IMG/VR virus record: IMGVR_UViG_2974724359_000001 | Location: 83,795 to 147,794 of that record | Source of the DNA: Tulanevirus 60ahydrpp | Taxonomy: Duplodnaviria > Heunggongvirae > Uroviricota > Caudoviricetes > Straboviridae | Reading direction: 5' to 3' (one strand) | Length of the DNA stretch: 64,000 bases | Part shown: in pieces, positions 43,321 to 53,714 of the stretch | How positions within the stretch are numbered: position 1 is the stretch's first letter | Layout: each line of letters opens with the position of its first letter | Program-made: the position numbers and the translations under genes | The notes under the pieces: model-generated | Database searches by the model: none | Told to the model about the DNA's origin: nothing | What the model saw: only the letters and a program-made list of their open reading frames with translations

Positions 43321-44460
43321 TTATCTTTCGTTAAAATCGTTTGAAGTAATGATATTCTTCGGTTTCAGATTCAAAAGCTGTAATACAGGATTTGTGTAAT
43401 TGCCGACATTGCTTATGCTATTAGCTCTAATACCGTTCACACCAATTGCTGCATCCGCTACTTTATCATCATCGTCCCTTGTAACCCGCGTTATAGTGAC
43501 ATTTCGCACACCTGCTGTTCCAGCACTGACGTTTGACGGATACCGGTATGCCGCAGAAGCAAAAATCGTCGCCCCCGAGCTTTGATTTGGCAGTTTGAAA
43601 TAACCTTCAAATTTTGCCCACACTCCTGGAGTCGGTGTGTGTGTTCCTAGCCATATGCTGTTTTTCCATGTGCCTGAAGAGTCTTGCGTCCATATACAAA
43701 AAATACATCTTCCGCCTGCGGTGACTAACGTCTGGTCGCTGTACAGCTCACATTGGATATGATATATTGATTCCCATTGTGTTGTTATATTTTCAGACAA
43801 ATAACGCTTAAATTCGTATTGATTCCCCACTGAGAAATATTCATTTATGTCATCGATTCTTGATGGTAAACCACAAGCTCCAATATCGACAACGTCGTCA
43901 AAAACAACTTGCAAATAGGCACTTGTGTCTTCTGCGAAACTGTTAGGATTATTCCCAACAAAATTCTCGTAGCAAAAACGCTTTAACGTCGTATTGAAAA
44001 TTGCAGCATATGAACTTCTATATGCTCTCGGAGTAAAAAGAGCATCAGATTGTCGATTTAGATAACTAGAACCAGGCCACGACATAGCTCCGTACTGTTT
44101 CATGAATGCATCAAAATCTTCTGACGATCCGATAGCGTCATGCGAAACTAATACTACTGTATTGCCGGATGGTGCAGACATAAGATATGTTCTTAGAGTA
44201 CCAAGATGTTCGGGTCTAGCATATATGTCAAATGTCGCAAAATTAGACGCTACTCCGGTTGGAGAAATAGTGATAGCGTTCAAACCCCTCCCATACGAAG
44301 GCAAAACCGAAACACCATTGATTTTGACATACGGTACTCTGACACTGGAGTCATCATTGACTCCAAGTGCCTGTATCATGTACTTTATTGCGTTATTTTC
44401 ACCTAAGTGATTTGATTCAACGTAAGATGGCCCAAGATGGGCCATAAATTGTTCTGCCAT
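43321..44460 (-). CDS. 35: Long tail fibre hinge connector gp35
   Basis: MAEQFMAHLG.SYVESNHLGENNAIKY; about 380 aa between 34 and 36. Confidence 0.88.
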   Translation of the reverse strand: MAEQFMAHLGPSYVESNHLGENNAIKYMIQALGVNDDSSVRVPYVKINGVSVLPSYGRGLNAITISPTGVASNFATFDIYARPEHLGTLRTYLMSAPSGNTVVLVSHDAIGSSEDFDAFMKQYGAMSWPGSSYLNRQSDALFTPRAYRSSYAAIFNTTLKRFCYENFVGNNPNSFAEDTSAYLQVVFDDVVDIGACGLPSRIDDINEYFSVGNQYEFKRYLSENITTQWESIYHIQCELYSDQTLVTAGGRCIFCIWTQDSSGTWKNSIWLGTHTPTPGVWAKFEGYFKLPNQSSGATIFASAAYRYPSNVSAGTAGVRNVTITRVTRDDDDKVADAAIGVNGIRANSISNVGNYTNPVLQLLNLKPKNIITSNDFNER

Positions 44461-44469
44461 AACGATTCC

Positions 44470-47400
44470 TTATTCTTCCCAGATAAACTCAACTGTCTTG
44501 GTCAAGTTGTTGGCAACGATTTTCACATTACCAATTTTGATCCAATCTCTAATCGTTATATTATTGGAAGATGAACCTGTAATATCAACTGCACCTACGT
44601 CTTGAGCAGTAGGTTTGTTACCCTTGTGATAAATCTCGTACTCAAAGTTTCCGATCTTTACGATTGGATTCTGATTCGTATCAAGACACACACGGCCACT
44701 CGCTGTATCGGTATTTCCGAAAACGAAGTCATTTCCACGAGAGGTAATGTAACGATTTGAGTTTTTGAATTGCAAATACTTAACATTGTCACCGGTGTTT
44801 GACAGAAGCATTGCTCCAGTCATAGTCGATGTACCGTCACGGCGAAGATATGTCGGGTTGAGTTTTGCCTGAGCATTGGCAGTATTAATTACCGGTGAGC
44901 CATTAATTGTGAAGGCATCAGTAGAGCTTGCCAATACAGCCATTGTTGAACTAGCATTACCAACTATGAATCCGCCCGCAACAGATTGTGCAAATTGATT
45001 CGCTGCTAATTCGGTTCCACCCAGATAAATTCTCGCACCCGTGTTTTCCATAACAAGGAAACCATCAGTTGATTTTATATGCTGTGCAATTCGTACATCG
45101 CCGTCTCTATTAACTTTCAACTTACTAGAGAAAGTTGAACCGACTTTAGTTGCAATAGCGATTTCACTGCCAGAAACTTCAGAACCACCAACACCACCGG
45201 CAATAAATGCCCAATCGTTTATTGCAGCATCGCTTCCAGCCAGTATGGTGATACCATTAGCTCCACCAGCTCTAGTTTTACCTATTTGAACAGAGTTTGT
45301 CGACGTATTATCGATAATCACTCTTGAGCTAGTTGTTGTGGCATTAGTAATATCTGCAGCTACCATTGCGGCAGTAAAAGTCATTCCACCTGTTACGGTT
45401 TGTGCAACTGTTCGACGAACCCAATCATTAGCAACAACACCACCCAGAGACAGCGTGTTTTGTGCTGTAGCATTCAGCGGCAGGTAGTTTTGCAACGCAT
45501 AGTTCAATCCGCGAGGGCTAACAGCCAAACCGTCGTTTTCGTAGCTTGTGTATGCTTGAGTGGATCCGGCAGTATTGTTTCCAACGAAAGTTGACTCTAC
45601 TGTTGCTGCTTTGACAAATCCACGACGTGTTTCATTTCCTGACCAAGTTGGTTCAGTTTGCGCCATGTACTTGAAGTCTTCTGGGCTAACGACCAAATTG
45701 GTAGCTGTTCCGGTTCTAACTTCAGCAGTTGTCGCAACTCGGATAATACCGTCCAGGGTTCTTGTCGCTTTTCTTCCATCGAGTTTCTTTGGAGTTACGA
45801 TGGTATCGTCTGAACTAGATCCATTTGCCTCGATTTGAGTTGAAACACGCAATGTCCCACGTTGAGCTTCGGTTGCAAGACTTATACCGACAGAAACAGT
45901 GCTCCAAATGGTTCCAGATTGGGTCAAACCATCGGTAGCGTTTACCGAAATTCTTGCTGTATCGTTGAAACGATTCTTCAATTTCAATGGAGTGACGATA
46001 GTTAAATCGTTTGTCGCAGTATCTATTTCAGATGTATTGGCAATACGGGCAATACCAGCGAGAGTTTCTGTTGAAGTGCGATCATTCAACTTTTTGGGAG
46101 TAATAGCACGTGTATCATCAGTTCCGGCATTTGTTTCGGTCTGGGTTGCAATCTCAATCAAACCGTGATTTGATTCTGTCGCTCGGCGAGCACCCAATCT
46201 TTCGGCTGTCACAAGCAATGGACCAAGTGGATCAGATGATCCCCCGTCGACTTCCGCCTGTGTGGCAATATAACCTATACCCTTAGCTGTTTCGGTAGCC
46301 TTGAATTCATCCAGGGTTAACGGTGTGACAGCCTTCGAATGATCGGCTTTGTTATATATGCCAGTCCCTGCAGCCGAGCGAGTAGTTCCAGCTGTTCCAT
46401 TTTTAGAAACCACTGCTAAGATACCAGTCAGAGTTTCTGACGCAATACGATTATGCAACTTTTTGGGAGTCACAATTGTTATGTCGTCAGTTGAGCCGTT
46501 TGCTTCTGCTTGAGTTGCAATCTCCGCTAAACCACGCCGAGTTTCGGTAGCAGTTCTTTCATTTAACTTTTTCGGAGTGACGATAATGTCATCCAAATAA
46601 GTTGAAGTGCTTAACTGATTGACTTCAGCTGTTGTTGCCAAACGGGCAATGCCACGACGAGTTTCAGTAGCAGTTTTATTAGCTAATGTTTTCGGTGTGA
46701 CAATAGTTTCGTCATTCGGGTTATCTTCGTGATTTTTGTTTACTTCTGCTTGATCCGCGAGAGCAGCCACGCCCAGACGATCACGACGAGTTGCATCAAC
46801 ACGTTCAACTTTTGGTTGAACATTTCCGATCATCCATCCGTATTGTGAAGAAGTAACACCCACTAGGGACGGGTCTAACTGTGCGTACATTAGCTCGATA
46901 TATGGAACGTAATCTGTGTCAGCACTTATAGAAATAGATGAAACCAATTCCCACCCATTTGTCATCGGGTATTCCGAACGACGCTGGAACTGCATTTGAG
47001 CTTTCGAACCAACAATCAGCTCATTTGAATCTGGACTTACTCTGACTGTGCAAGTTTGACCTTTTCTCAGATAATCCATGGTGATTTGAACACGGTCACC
47101 TATGGCTACTTCCTCTGGAAGAGTCAGCACGGTGGTCTGACTTGGCAAATTACTGTTGCCAGTCACCAGAATGTGTTCAAACGGCAGCAGTGCTGTGTCA
47201 GTTTTGGTAACACGAATGCGTGTCCTTTGGTCTCCATCCCATACTTTCCAAGTCAAAGAAGGAAAATCGAATACGAATGATCCGTAACCAGATGTGCGTG
47301 ATTCGATTTTTGTAACACCGGTTTCATTAATATTGTGACCTGAACCTGGGTAAATCTCAAGAGTCGAGTGGTTAATCGGGTTCATCCCATCAATATCATG

Positions 47401-48132
47401 GGTTGTAATTACATCGCCATGTCTGGCGTGTTTTGGCAGAATAAGGCGAATTGTTCCTGCAGCAGTACGTCTCCAGGTAACCATCCCTGCCTGCAACTGG
47501 AATCCTTGAATCGATGGCTCAACAAAATAACTGTTCATTGTTGTAGCTGCTACATCTACTTGCCATCTGTTTCCAGCTGCTTTATAGACGAACATATATT
47601 GGCAGAATGGGACAGTTGCACGGAAGCGAGCACCGACACTGGCTGCCTTGAATTCAATGACTGCTGTTCCTATAGATACAAATTCCAGATCGTTAACACC
47701 TGGTTGACCGCCTACGTCCTTTATTACCAAAGTATCGCCATCGACTGGTGATGTTGGCAAGTTGAAAACCAGATTGTTGAATCTATTGTCAGCAGTGATA
47801 TATTGACCAGAACTCAGCTGAAGTGCGGGCCCAGTCGAGTTAATGAACTGCCATGTTGGGTCAACACGGAGACCAGTCCATTTTGTGACGTCGAAAGCTC
47901 CAGCCGGGGAAGCAATATCTGCTTTTGCGTAATAAATTCGACGCTCGAAAATTACAGCATGTTTTGCATCATACCCACGGGTGCTGTCATATTCGTAAAT
48001 TGTGTTATATTTGTGGAAAAATCCAACGCTAACGCCATCGGACAAAATTGTCTTATCGGCCATTGCAACGTTGATCAGTTTTTCGCCAGCTGCATCAAGG
48101 CCGCTTGTGGCGCGAAAGGCTTGTCCTAACAT
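44470..48132 (-). CDS. 34: Long tail fibre proximal subunit gp34
   Basis: FRATSGLDAAGEKLINVA start; multiple ATETRRG.AEIATQAE....VTPKKL repeats; C-terminal IRDWIKIGNVKI...VEFIWEE. Confidence 0.95.
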   Translation of the reverse strand: MLGQAFRATSGLDAAGEKLINVAMADKTILSDGVSVGFFHKYNTIYEYDSTRGYDAKHAVIFERRIYYAKADIASPAGAFDVTKWTGLRVDPTWQFINSTGPALQLSSGQYITADNRFNNLVFNLPTSPVDGDTLVIKDVGGQPGVNDLEFVSIGTAVIEFKAASVGARFRATVPFCQYMFVYKAAGNRWQVDVAATTMNSYFVEPSIQGFQLQAGMVTWRRTAAGTIRLILPKHARHGDVITTHDIDGMNPINHSTLEIYPGSGHNINETGVTKIESRTSGYGSFVFDFPSLTWKVWDGDQRTRIRVTKTDTALLPFEHILVTGNSNLPSQTTVLTLPEEVAIGDRVQITMDYLRKGQTCTVRVSPDSNELIVGSKAQMQFQRRSEYPMTNGWELVSSISISADTDYVPYIELMYAQLDPSLVGVTSSQYGWMIGNVQPKVERVDATRRDRLGVAALADQAEVNKNHEDNPNDETIVTPKTLANKTATETRRGIARLATTAEVNQLSTSTYLDDIIVTPKKLNERTATETRRGLAEIATQAEANGSTDDITIVTPKKLHNRIASETLTGILAVVSKNGTAGTTRSAAGTGIYNKADHSKAVTPLTLDEFKATETAKGIGYIATQAEVDGGSSDPLGPLLVTAERLGARRATESNHGLIEIATQTETNAGTDDTRAITPKKLNDRTSTETLAGIARIANTSEIDTATNDLTIVTPLKLKNRFNDTARISVNATDGLTQSGTIWSTVSVGISLATEAQRGTLRVSTQIEANGSSSDDTIVTPKKLDGRKATRTLDGIIRVATTAEVRTGTATNLVVSPEDFKYMAQTEPTWSGNETRRGFVKAATVESTFVGNNTAGSTQAYTSYENDGLAVSPRGLNYALQNYLPLNATAQNTLSLGGVVANDWVRRTVAQTVTGGMTFTAAMVAADITNATTTSSRVIIDNTSTNSVQIGKTRAGGANGITILAGSDAAINDWAFIAGGVGGSEVSGSEIAIATKVGSTFSSKLKVNRDGDVRIAQHIKSTDGFLVMENTGARIYLGGTELAANQFAQSVAGGFIVGNASSTMAVLASSTDAFTINGSPVINTANAQAKLNPTYLRRDGTSTMTGAMLLSNTGDNVKYLQFKNSNRYITSRGNDFVFGNTDTASGRVCLDTNQNPIVKIGNFEYEIYHKGNKPTAQDVGAVDITGSSSNNITIRDWIKIGNVKIVANNLTKTVEFIWEE

Positions 48133-48161
48133 TTTTGAAGCTCTCCTGTTACTAACTTAGT

Positions 48162-48169
48162 TATTTATG
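48162..48169 (-). promoter_or_regulatory. Late-promoter-like box CATAAATA upstream of gene 34
   Basis: One mismatch to the T4 late consensus TATAAATA, at the expected divergence point. Confidence 0.55.
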
Positions 48170-48204
48170 TTAGTATGTCTAGGTGTTCAATAAGAGAAAT
48201 TGAT

Positions 48205-49119
48205 ATGAACTTAAATGATTTCATGGGTGAAACCACAAAGGATGATGTCAATATTATTGACGCATCTCAATTAATTATCGCGACAATAATGGCTAACTTT
48301 ACTCCTGAAGATGTAAATGAGCGAATGCTCAGACATTTAATTCTGGATACAGTTCGAAACAACGTCAAAAAGTTCAAAAACGAATATCCTGAAACTATTA
48401 TCGCATTCGACGATTCTGCCAATGGTTATTGGAGACGCGACATTGCTTGGTATTACAAATTAAACCGAAAAGCTAATAAAGAAGAATCTCCATGGGATTG
48501 GGAACTTCTCTTTAGTATTATCAATAAAGTGGTCAGCGAAATGCTTAATATCTACCCAGGTGTTAAGATGATCAAACTTGATAAAACTGAGGCCGACGAT
48601 ATTATTGCAGTTTTGGTCAAAAAGTTCACTGAAGAAGGTCGATGTGTTATGATTTCTTCTTCTGACTCTGACTTTACCCAATTGCACAAATACAAGGGTG
48701 TCAAGCAATATTCGCCTGCTCAGAAGAAAGCAGTAAAGCCAAAATATGGCAGTCCAAAGCATGACCTGTTTGTTAAACTGATTAAGGGTGATGCAAAAGA
48801 TGGTGTTTCGGGAATAAAAGTTCGTGATACATTTGTCCTTGACCGTGTCGAAGGTGAACGTGCTCCACCTTGTTCCACCAAGTGGATCAATTCAATTGTT
48901 GAATCTGAAGACCCTCGAGCTGCGTTGGAAAATGAAGAATGGCAAAAGCGTTGGGATATGAATGTCCGGCTGCTTGATTTGGATAAAATTCCAGCACATG
49001 TTTCGGATCGAATCATTCAAGCTTATAATTCTTCAGTAGTCAATCCTCGTGGTAAATTGTACAGCTATTTTGTTAAAAATGGCTTGGTTAAACTTCTCGA
49101 TAAAGTAAATCAATTCTAA
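48205..49119 (+). CDS. rnh: RNase H (5'-3' exonuclease)
   Basis: IIDASQL, GYWRRD..YYK.NRK, EADDIIA, ISSSDSDFTQL, KGDAKDGVS. Confidence 0.95.
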   Translation: MNLNDFMGETTKDDVNIIDASQLIIATIMANFTPEDVNERMLRHLILDTVRNNVKKFKNEYPETIIAFDDSANGYWRRDIAWYYKLNRKANKEESPWDWELLFSIINKVVSEMLNIYPGVKMIKLDKTEADDIIAVLVKKFTEEGRCVMISSSDSDFTQLHKYKGVKQYSPAQKKAVKPKYGSPKHDLFVKLIKGDAKDGVSGIKVRDTFVLDRVEGERAPPCSTKWINSIVESEDPRAALENEEWQKRWDMNVRLLDLDKIPAHVSDRIIQAYNSSVVNPRGKLYSYFVKNGLVKLLDKVNQF

Positions 49120-49128
49120 GGAAATAAC

Positions 49129-49413
49129 ATGAAAGAGCAGAAGAAAAAGAAAGAAAAAGTCGAATTCAACCCGGCTGTTCATGGCGAACGTCTCCAAGAA
49201 ATTATTACCGAAGCATCAAATCTGCGCACCATGCAAGAATCTTATGCTGAAAAGGTAAAAGAGCAGCGCAATATTGCCATTACTGAATGTGGTGTTGACG
49301 GCAAACTGTTCAATCAGCTGTTCCGGATTTACCACAAGCAGGAACGTGAGCAGTTTGAAGATGCTGCCGATGAAGTTACTTCAGTGTATGACCAAACCTT
49401 TAAAGGCAAATGA
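49129..49413 (+). CDS. dsbA: DsbA dsDNA-binding protein
   Basis: VEFNPAVHGE, GVDGKLFNQL..IYHK match T4 DsbA. Confidence 0.88.
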   Translation: MKEQKKKKEKVEFNPAVHGERLQEIITEASNLRTMQESYAEKVKEQRNIAITECGVDGKLFNQLFRIYHKQEREQFEDAADEVTSVYDQTFKGK

Positions 49414-49667
49414 TGTCAAATCCGAACAATCTGAATGATAAAACCGCAAACGGGATAGAGATAGAAAATCTGGTTAAAACTGGATTGACATATCTGGAAG
49501 CATGTGTTCAGTGGTTGGAAGAAAATTCTTTAGAAATTAACTCGTGCCACAAATATATCCCGCGAGCGGTAATTGACAAACTTTCAAAAGAATGTGTCGA
49601 TTCCGACATGCTTAGACCTTCCATTGCAAAATCGATGACACGAAATAGTTTGGACTTTTTGATGTGA
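49410..49667 (+). CDS. 33: gp33 late transcription co-activator
   Basis: NGIEIE..V...LTYLEAC..WLEENS...IPRAVIDKL....D..MLRPS. Confidence 0.88.
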   Translation: MMSNPNNLNDKTANGIEIENLVKTGLTYLEACVQWLEENSLEINSCHKYIPRAVIDKLSKECVDSDMLRPSIAKSMTRNSLDFLM

Positions 49668-49674
49668 GATTTAT

Positions 49675-50334
49675 ATGATCGCTCTTCGATATCCGCCTAG
49701 ACCTGATAGATTTATTAGTGCAAAGGGCGCGTTTATGCTTTATTTGATGATGAAACAACATATGGCTGGAAAATATGACATAATCAAATATAGTTGGAAT
49801 ATGAAAGTTACTGATGCTGCGTTTAATAAACGCAGAGATAAGTACTTCTTTGATAAGATGAGCGATAAATTTCACCTTAAAGACTTGACAGAGATATTTC
49901 TGGCAACGTTTTTGGAAAATTCAAATGGCTGGGCCGGAGATCTTGTTTCTGAAGATGCAATGGCAGCCCATCGAGAATTGTTGGGAAGATACATCAGATT
50001 CCCTGAAATATACAGGGAAGACCTGAAAAACCTGGTGTATTTTTCCAATAAAGTCAATGTTCCGATAGGTAAACTATTGGAGTATAATGAAAAACAACAA
50101 ACGAGCCCAATTTTCAAATTACTCCAATCTGGCCTGATCAAAACAGAAACATTTTTGGTTATTGATTCATTCCTTGGTATAATCGACAAAATCGATGAGA
50201 AAATGTCAGCTGATATAATCTGGCAGAACTGGCATACCAAATTGGTCAATTACCGGAAATTGGTAGTAATAAATAATGACATAGCTAAAGCCAAGTTTAT
50301 TCAACACGTAAAAGAGTTTAAAGCTGAAGTTTAG
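49675..50334 (+). CDS. 59: gp59 helicase loader
   Basis: YLMMKQHMAGKYDIIKY.W, F.KRRDKYFF, IFKLLQSGLI..ETF. Confidence 0.92.
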   Translation: MIALRYPPRPDRFISAKGAFMLYLMMKQHMAGKYDIIKYSWNMKVTDAAFNKRRDKYFFDKMSDKFHLKDLTEIFLATFLENSNGWAGDLVSEDAMAAHRELLGRYIRFPEIYREDLKNLVYFSNKVNVPIGKLLEYNEKQQTSPIFKLLQSGLIKTETFLVIDSFLGIIDKIDEKMSADIIWQNWHTKLVNYRKLVVINNDIAKAKFIQHVKEFKAEV

Positions 50335-50402
50335 CTATATCAAAATTGATGTAAAATGTAAAAACGCAAAAACAACTGTCAAAATAAAATAGGAAAATAA
50401 AT

Positions 50403-51287
50403 ATGTTCAAGCGCAGCAATCCTTCTCAACTTCAAGCTCAACTGGCCGCTCTGAAAGGTAATGCAGGTGGTTTCGGTGGAGATAAGAATGAATGGAAACT
50501 GAAAACTGATGCAGCTGGTAATGGTCAAGCCGTAATTCGTTTCCTTCCAGGTAAAGGTGATGAAGGTCTTCCGTTTGTTAAGCTGATTAACCACGGCTTC
50601 AAGAAAAATAACAAATGGTATATTGAAAATTGTTCTTCTACCAACGGTGATTTTGACAACTGCCCGGTTTGCCAACATCTCAGCCGCAATGATTCTTACA
50701 ACACCAACGCTGAAGAATATAAGCTGCTGAAGCGTAAGACTTCCTATTGGGCAAACATTCTAGTAATCAAAGACCCTGCCACTCCTGAAAATGAAGGCAA
50801 GGTGATGAAGATTCGCATTGGCGCAAAGGTAATGGAAAAAATTACCGCCATGATCAACGTCGATCCGGAAATGGGCGAAACTCCAGTAGACGTGACTTGC
50901 GTTTTCGAAGGTGCAAACTTCGTTTACAAAACCAAGAAAGTTGGTGGTTTTACCAACTACGATGACTGCAAGTTCTTGGCTCAATCCGAAATTGCAAAAA
51001 TCAACGACCCCGAATTCCAAAAGTTCCTCACTGATGGCATGGAAGATTTGAGCAAAATCGTTGCTCCTTCCGAATTCAAGCCTCTTGAAGAACTGGAGAA
51101 GAAATTCAAGCAAGTAATGGGTACTTCCATCGCTGCTGGCTCTGCCGCTTCTGCCGCATCTTCTCTGTCTAGCGAACTGAATGACTTCGACGAACAGCTT
51201 ACCTCGTTCGACACTGATGTAGTTCAGCCATCCGTGCCTAATGCTTCTTCTGATCTCGATGACGATCTGGATGCTCTTCTCGGCTAA
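50403..51287 (+). CDS. 32: gp32 single-stranded DNA-binding protein
   Basis: [26 protein letters not shown]...[18 protein letters not shown], acidic tail DDDLDALL. Confidence 0.96.
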   Translation: MFKRSNPSQLQAQLAALKGNAGGFGGDKNEWKLKTDAAGNGQAVIRFLPGKGDEGLPFVKLINHGFKKNNKWYIENCSSTNGDFDNCPVCQHLSRNDSYNTNAEEYKLLKRKTSYWANILVIKDPATPENEGKVMKIRIGAKVMEKITAMINVDPEMGETPVDVTCVFEGANFVYKTKKVGGFTNYDDCKFLAQSEIAKINDPEFQKFLTDGMEDLSKIVAPSEFKPLEELEKKFKQVMGTSIAAGSAASAASSLSSELNDFDEQLTSFDTDVVQPSVPNASSDLDDDLDALLG

Positions 51288-51292
51288 TATAG

Positions 51293-51319
51293 AAAAGGAA
51301 CCTTCGGGTTCCTTTTTTT
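51293..51319 (+). terminator. Rho-independent terminator
   Basis: aaaaggaacc-TTCG-ggttcctttt with T7. Confidence 0.88.
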
Positions 51320-51342
51320 GCATCAAAATCTTTCAAAAAGTA

Positions 51343-51381
51343 GTGTACAACTATGCCACATGGTGTAGAATGTCTACATCA
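51343..51381 (+). promoter_or_regulatory. Early promoter GTGTAC-17-TAGAAT with a 9-bp inverted repeat (one G-T pair)
   Basis: tggtgtaga/tctacatca at 51361-51369/51373-51381. Confidence 0.75.
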
Positions 51382-51403
51382 AATCAACCAAGGAGTAATA
51401 AAA

Positions 51404-51637
51404 ATGAAAGACATTCTCGATTATCCAATTGACACCAAGGGTTCGGATTTGCCACAAGAAATTCTGGCCTTGCATGTAAGTCGTTGTGAAAAAACGGTTG
51501 CTGCGTTTGGAGGTCAAGATGAATTTTTCGAATTCATCAAAACTAAGCCGTGCGGTGGTTGGGTTTTGGACTATAAGGCCAAGTTTGAAGAAGTAAATGA
51601 CGTCAAATTCCCCAGCAATATCAGATTCGAACTCTAA
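51404..51637 (+). CDS. Hypothetical early protein
   Basis: AGGAG RBS. Confidence 0.7.
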   Translation: MKDILDYPIDTKGSDLPQEILALHVSRCEKTVAAFGGQDEFFEFIKTKPCGGWVLDYKAKFEEVNDVKFPSNIRFEL

Positions 51638-51648
51638 GGAAAATTAAA

Positions 51649-51891
51649 ATGTCATCAAACATAGTTCTCATCAAATTCAAATCTCCTGAAGCTCGTGCTA
51701 AATTTGCAGCTTTATCTGCAGCTAATAGCGCAATTGCTGAGTATATGCAGCATTACGAGCTGACTGCTGTCAATAAAGAGAATGGTGATATTGTCATTCT
51801 CGAAGATGGCAAAGAATTTGAGCTCGATGGATACTGGACTCCCGCGATTTTTATGTCAGAGCGTCAATATTTTGACATCGAAGTGATTTAA
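51649..51891 (+). CDS. Hypothetical protein, 'FKSxExR' paralog family
   Basis: LIKFKSPEARAKF...SERQYFDIEVI. Confidence 0.75.
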   Translation: MSSNIVLIKFKSPEARAKFAALSAANSAIAEYMQHYELTAVNKENGDIVILEDGKEFELDGYWTPAIFMSERQYFDIEVI

Positions 51892-51919
51892 CTCAAAACA
51901 TTGTTCAAAAGGAAATATT

Positions 51920-52339
51920 ATGAAAATTAACACTAAATCTTGGCACTATCGTTTTCTGAAGTCTCTCGACACGAGTATCCCTAATTCTCTGTGCCCGTAT
52001 TTCTGGAAAGTCGTGTTTACGATCGCATGGATCACCGGCTCGATTTTACTGCTCATTGCTTTTTTCACATCTATTGGTGCCAGAATCTTCGAAGGAATTG
52101 GCTTTGCCCTCGATAATATGGTATTGTACTGGAGCCTTGCTGCTGTAGTAGGTACTGTCACCGTCACCTCTGCTATTGTGCTGGTTGTCGCAGTAATATT
52201 CGGATTTGTTTGGGCCAAAGAAAATTTCAAGCCACCGTACAAAGAAGAACCGTTGATTATCACCTTTGTCAAGAACAAAAAGTCTAAAATTTGTCCGCGT
52301 CTTGAATTTGAAGACATGAGCAAAAAGACTGAAGAATAA
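51920..52339 (+). CDS. Hypothetical membrane protein
   Basis: Two hydrophobic segments; SWHYR..SLCPYFWK and K.KICP..EF motifs. Confidence 0.75.
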   Translation: MKINTKSWHYRFLKSLDTSIPNSLCPYFWKVVFTIAWITGSILLLIAFFTSIGARIFEGIGFALDNMVLYWSLAAVVGTVTVTSAIVLVVAVIFGFVWAKENFKPPYKEEPLIITFVKNKKSKICPRLEFEDMSKKTEE

Positions 52340-52376
52340 GTTCGCAACTGGTGAGGTCATGATAAAATGACCTCAC
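52340..52376 (+). promoter_or_regulatory. Promoter GTTCGC-17-TAAAAT with a perfect 10-bp inverted repeat
   Basis: gtgaggtcat/atgacctcac at 52351-52360/52367-52376. Confidence 0.7.
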
Positions 52377-52430
52377 TAAAATAAAACAATCTCCGGCTTA
52401 TAATGTTTCACTAAGTAAGGAATGATTAAT

Positions 52431-53531
52431 ATGATTATTAATAATGAACGTCAGCTGGCTTCTATTCGCAAAATTGCCGATCTTCAGCCGATCCCGGGTG
52501 CTGATGCTATCGAATGCGCAACCATCGACGGCTGGGAAGTAGTTGTGAAGAAAGGTGAATTCGCAGTTGGTGATGATTGCGTATATTTCGAAATTGATTC
52601 CATGCTGCCGATGGATAATCCTGCTTTCAAATTTTTGGAATCCCGTGCCAGGATGTACGAAGGCAAAATGCGAGCTCGAGTGAAGACCATTAAACTTCGC
52701 GGCCAACTTTCTCAAGGTATTGCTTTGCCGGTTAACGCATTTACCATCGGAGAACTGCTCGGTGTTTATGAAATGGACCAAAGTCTTGACCAAATTCTCG
52801 GTATTATCAAATATGAGCCGGCTCAAGACGGTTCTGGCTGTAACCCGGCCGGTACTTTCCCTGTTTTCATTCCGAAAACTGATGAAGAACGCTGCCAAAA
52901 CATTTTCAGCAAATACAGCGCTCGTTACAAAGATGTTGTGTTCCAAAAGTCTCTGAAGCTGGATGGTAGTTCTATCACCATGGCATGGGTAACAGATCCT
53001 GACCTGTTCCTCGAGCTTGGAACCGAAGATGAACCATATGCTCACGATTACGACGACGCTCAATTTATCCTAGCTTCTCGTAATCAGGTTCTCCGCTATA
53101 ACCCCGAAAGCAAGTGGTGGATGGGTGTTGAAAACTACCAAATCATCGAACAACTGAAGAAGATGGGCAAATCTGTCGCAATTCAGGGTGAACTGATGGG
53201 TCCTGGTATCCAGAAAAACCGCGAAAACTTCGACAAGTACCGGATTTTCGCATTCCGTGCTTGGTTTATCGAAGAGCAACGTTTTGCTACCGATGAAGAG
53301 TTCCACGACCTGTGCCGTGCTCTCGGCATGGAAATGGTACCGCAGCTTGGTCGTTGCAAGCCGTTTGAACAATTTGAAACTGTCAAAGAAATGTTGGCTG
53401 ATGCGGATATTCCGTCCATCAACCACAAGATTGCTGAAGGTGTCGTTTACAAATCTGTTGACCTTGTAAATGGCCAGATGATTCACTTTAAAGCGATCAA
53501 CAACAAATTCCTGCTGAAATGCGAGGATTAA
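52431..53531 (+). CDS. RNA ligase, Rnl2-related DRB0094 family
   Basis: N-terminal OB-like RQLASIRKI...PIPGADAIE...GWEVVVKKGEF..GD.CVYFEIDS; motif I KLDGSS; IQGELMGPGIQKN; EGVVYK; FKAINNKFLLK. Confidence 0.88.
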   Translation: MIINNERQLASIRKIADLQPIPGADAIECATIDGWEVVVKKGEFAVGDDCVYFEIDSMLPMDNPAFKFLESRARMYEGKMRARVKTIKLRGQLSQGIALPVNAFTIGELLGVYEMDQSLDQILGIIKYEPAQDGSGCNPAGTFPVFIPKTDEERCQNIFSKYSARYKDVVFQKSLKLDGSSITMAWVTDPDLFLELGTEDEPYAHDYDDAQFILASRNQVLRYNPESKWWMGVENYQIIEQLKKMGKSVAIQGELMGPGIQKNRENFDKYRIFAFRAWFIEEQRFATDEEFHDLCRALGMEMVPQLGRCKPFEQFETVKEMLADADIPSINHKIAEGVVYKSVDLVNGQMIHFKAINNKFLLKCED

Positions 53532-53714
53532 CATGAAAATTAAGAAATTACAACCTTTGCAAGTCTTGTGTCCGAAATGCTGGATAAATGAAGATTATTG
53601 CAACTGCTATTGAGAATTCTATGTCTAATACGATGGGGCTGAAATGCCCCTTTTCTCTTGAAGAGATGAAACAGATATCAAGTCAATTAACCGAATCCAA
53701 CACGGAGGTCCAGT

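Noticed and set aside
44470-48132. Repeats in gene 34 as a CRISPR-like or novel array
   Set aside because: Degenerate protein-level gp34 repeats (ATETRRG...VTPKKL), standard for this fibre; no CRISPR array seen in the window.
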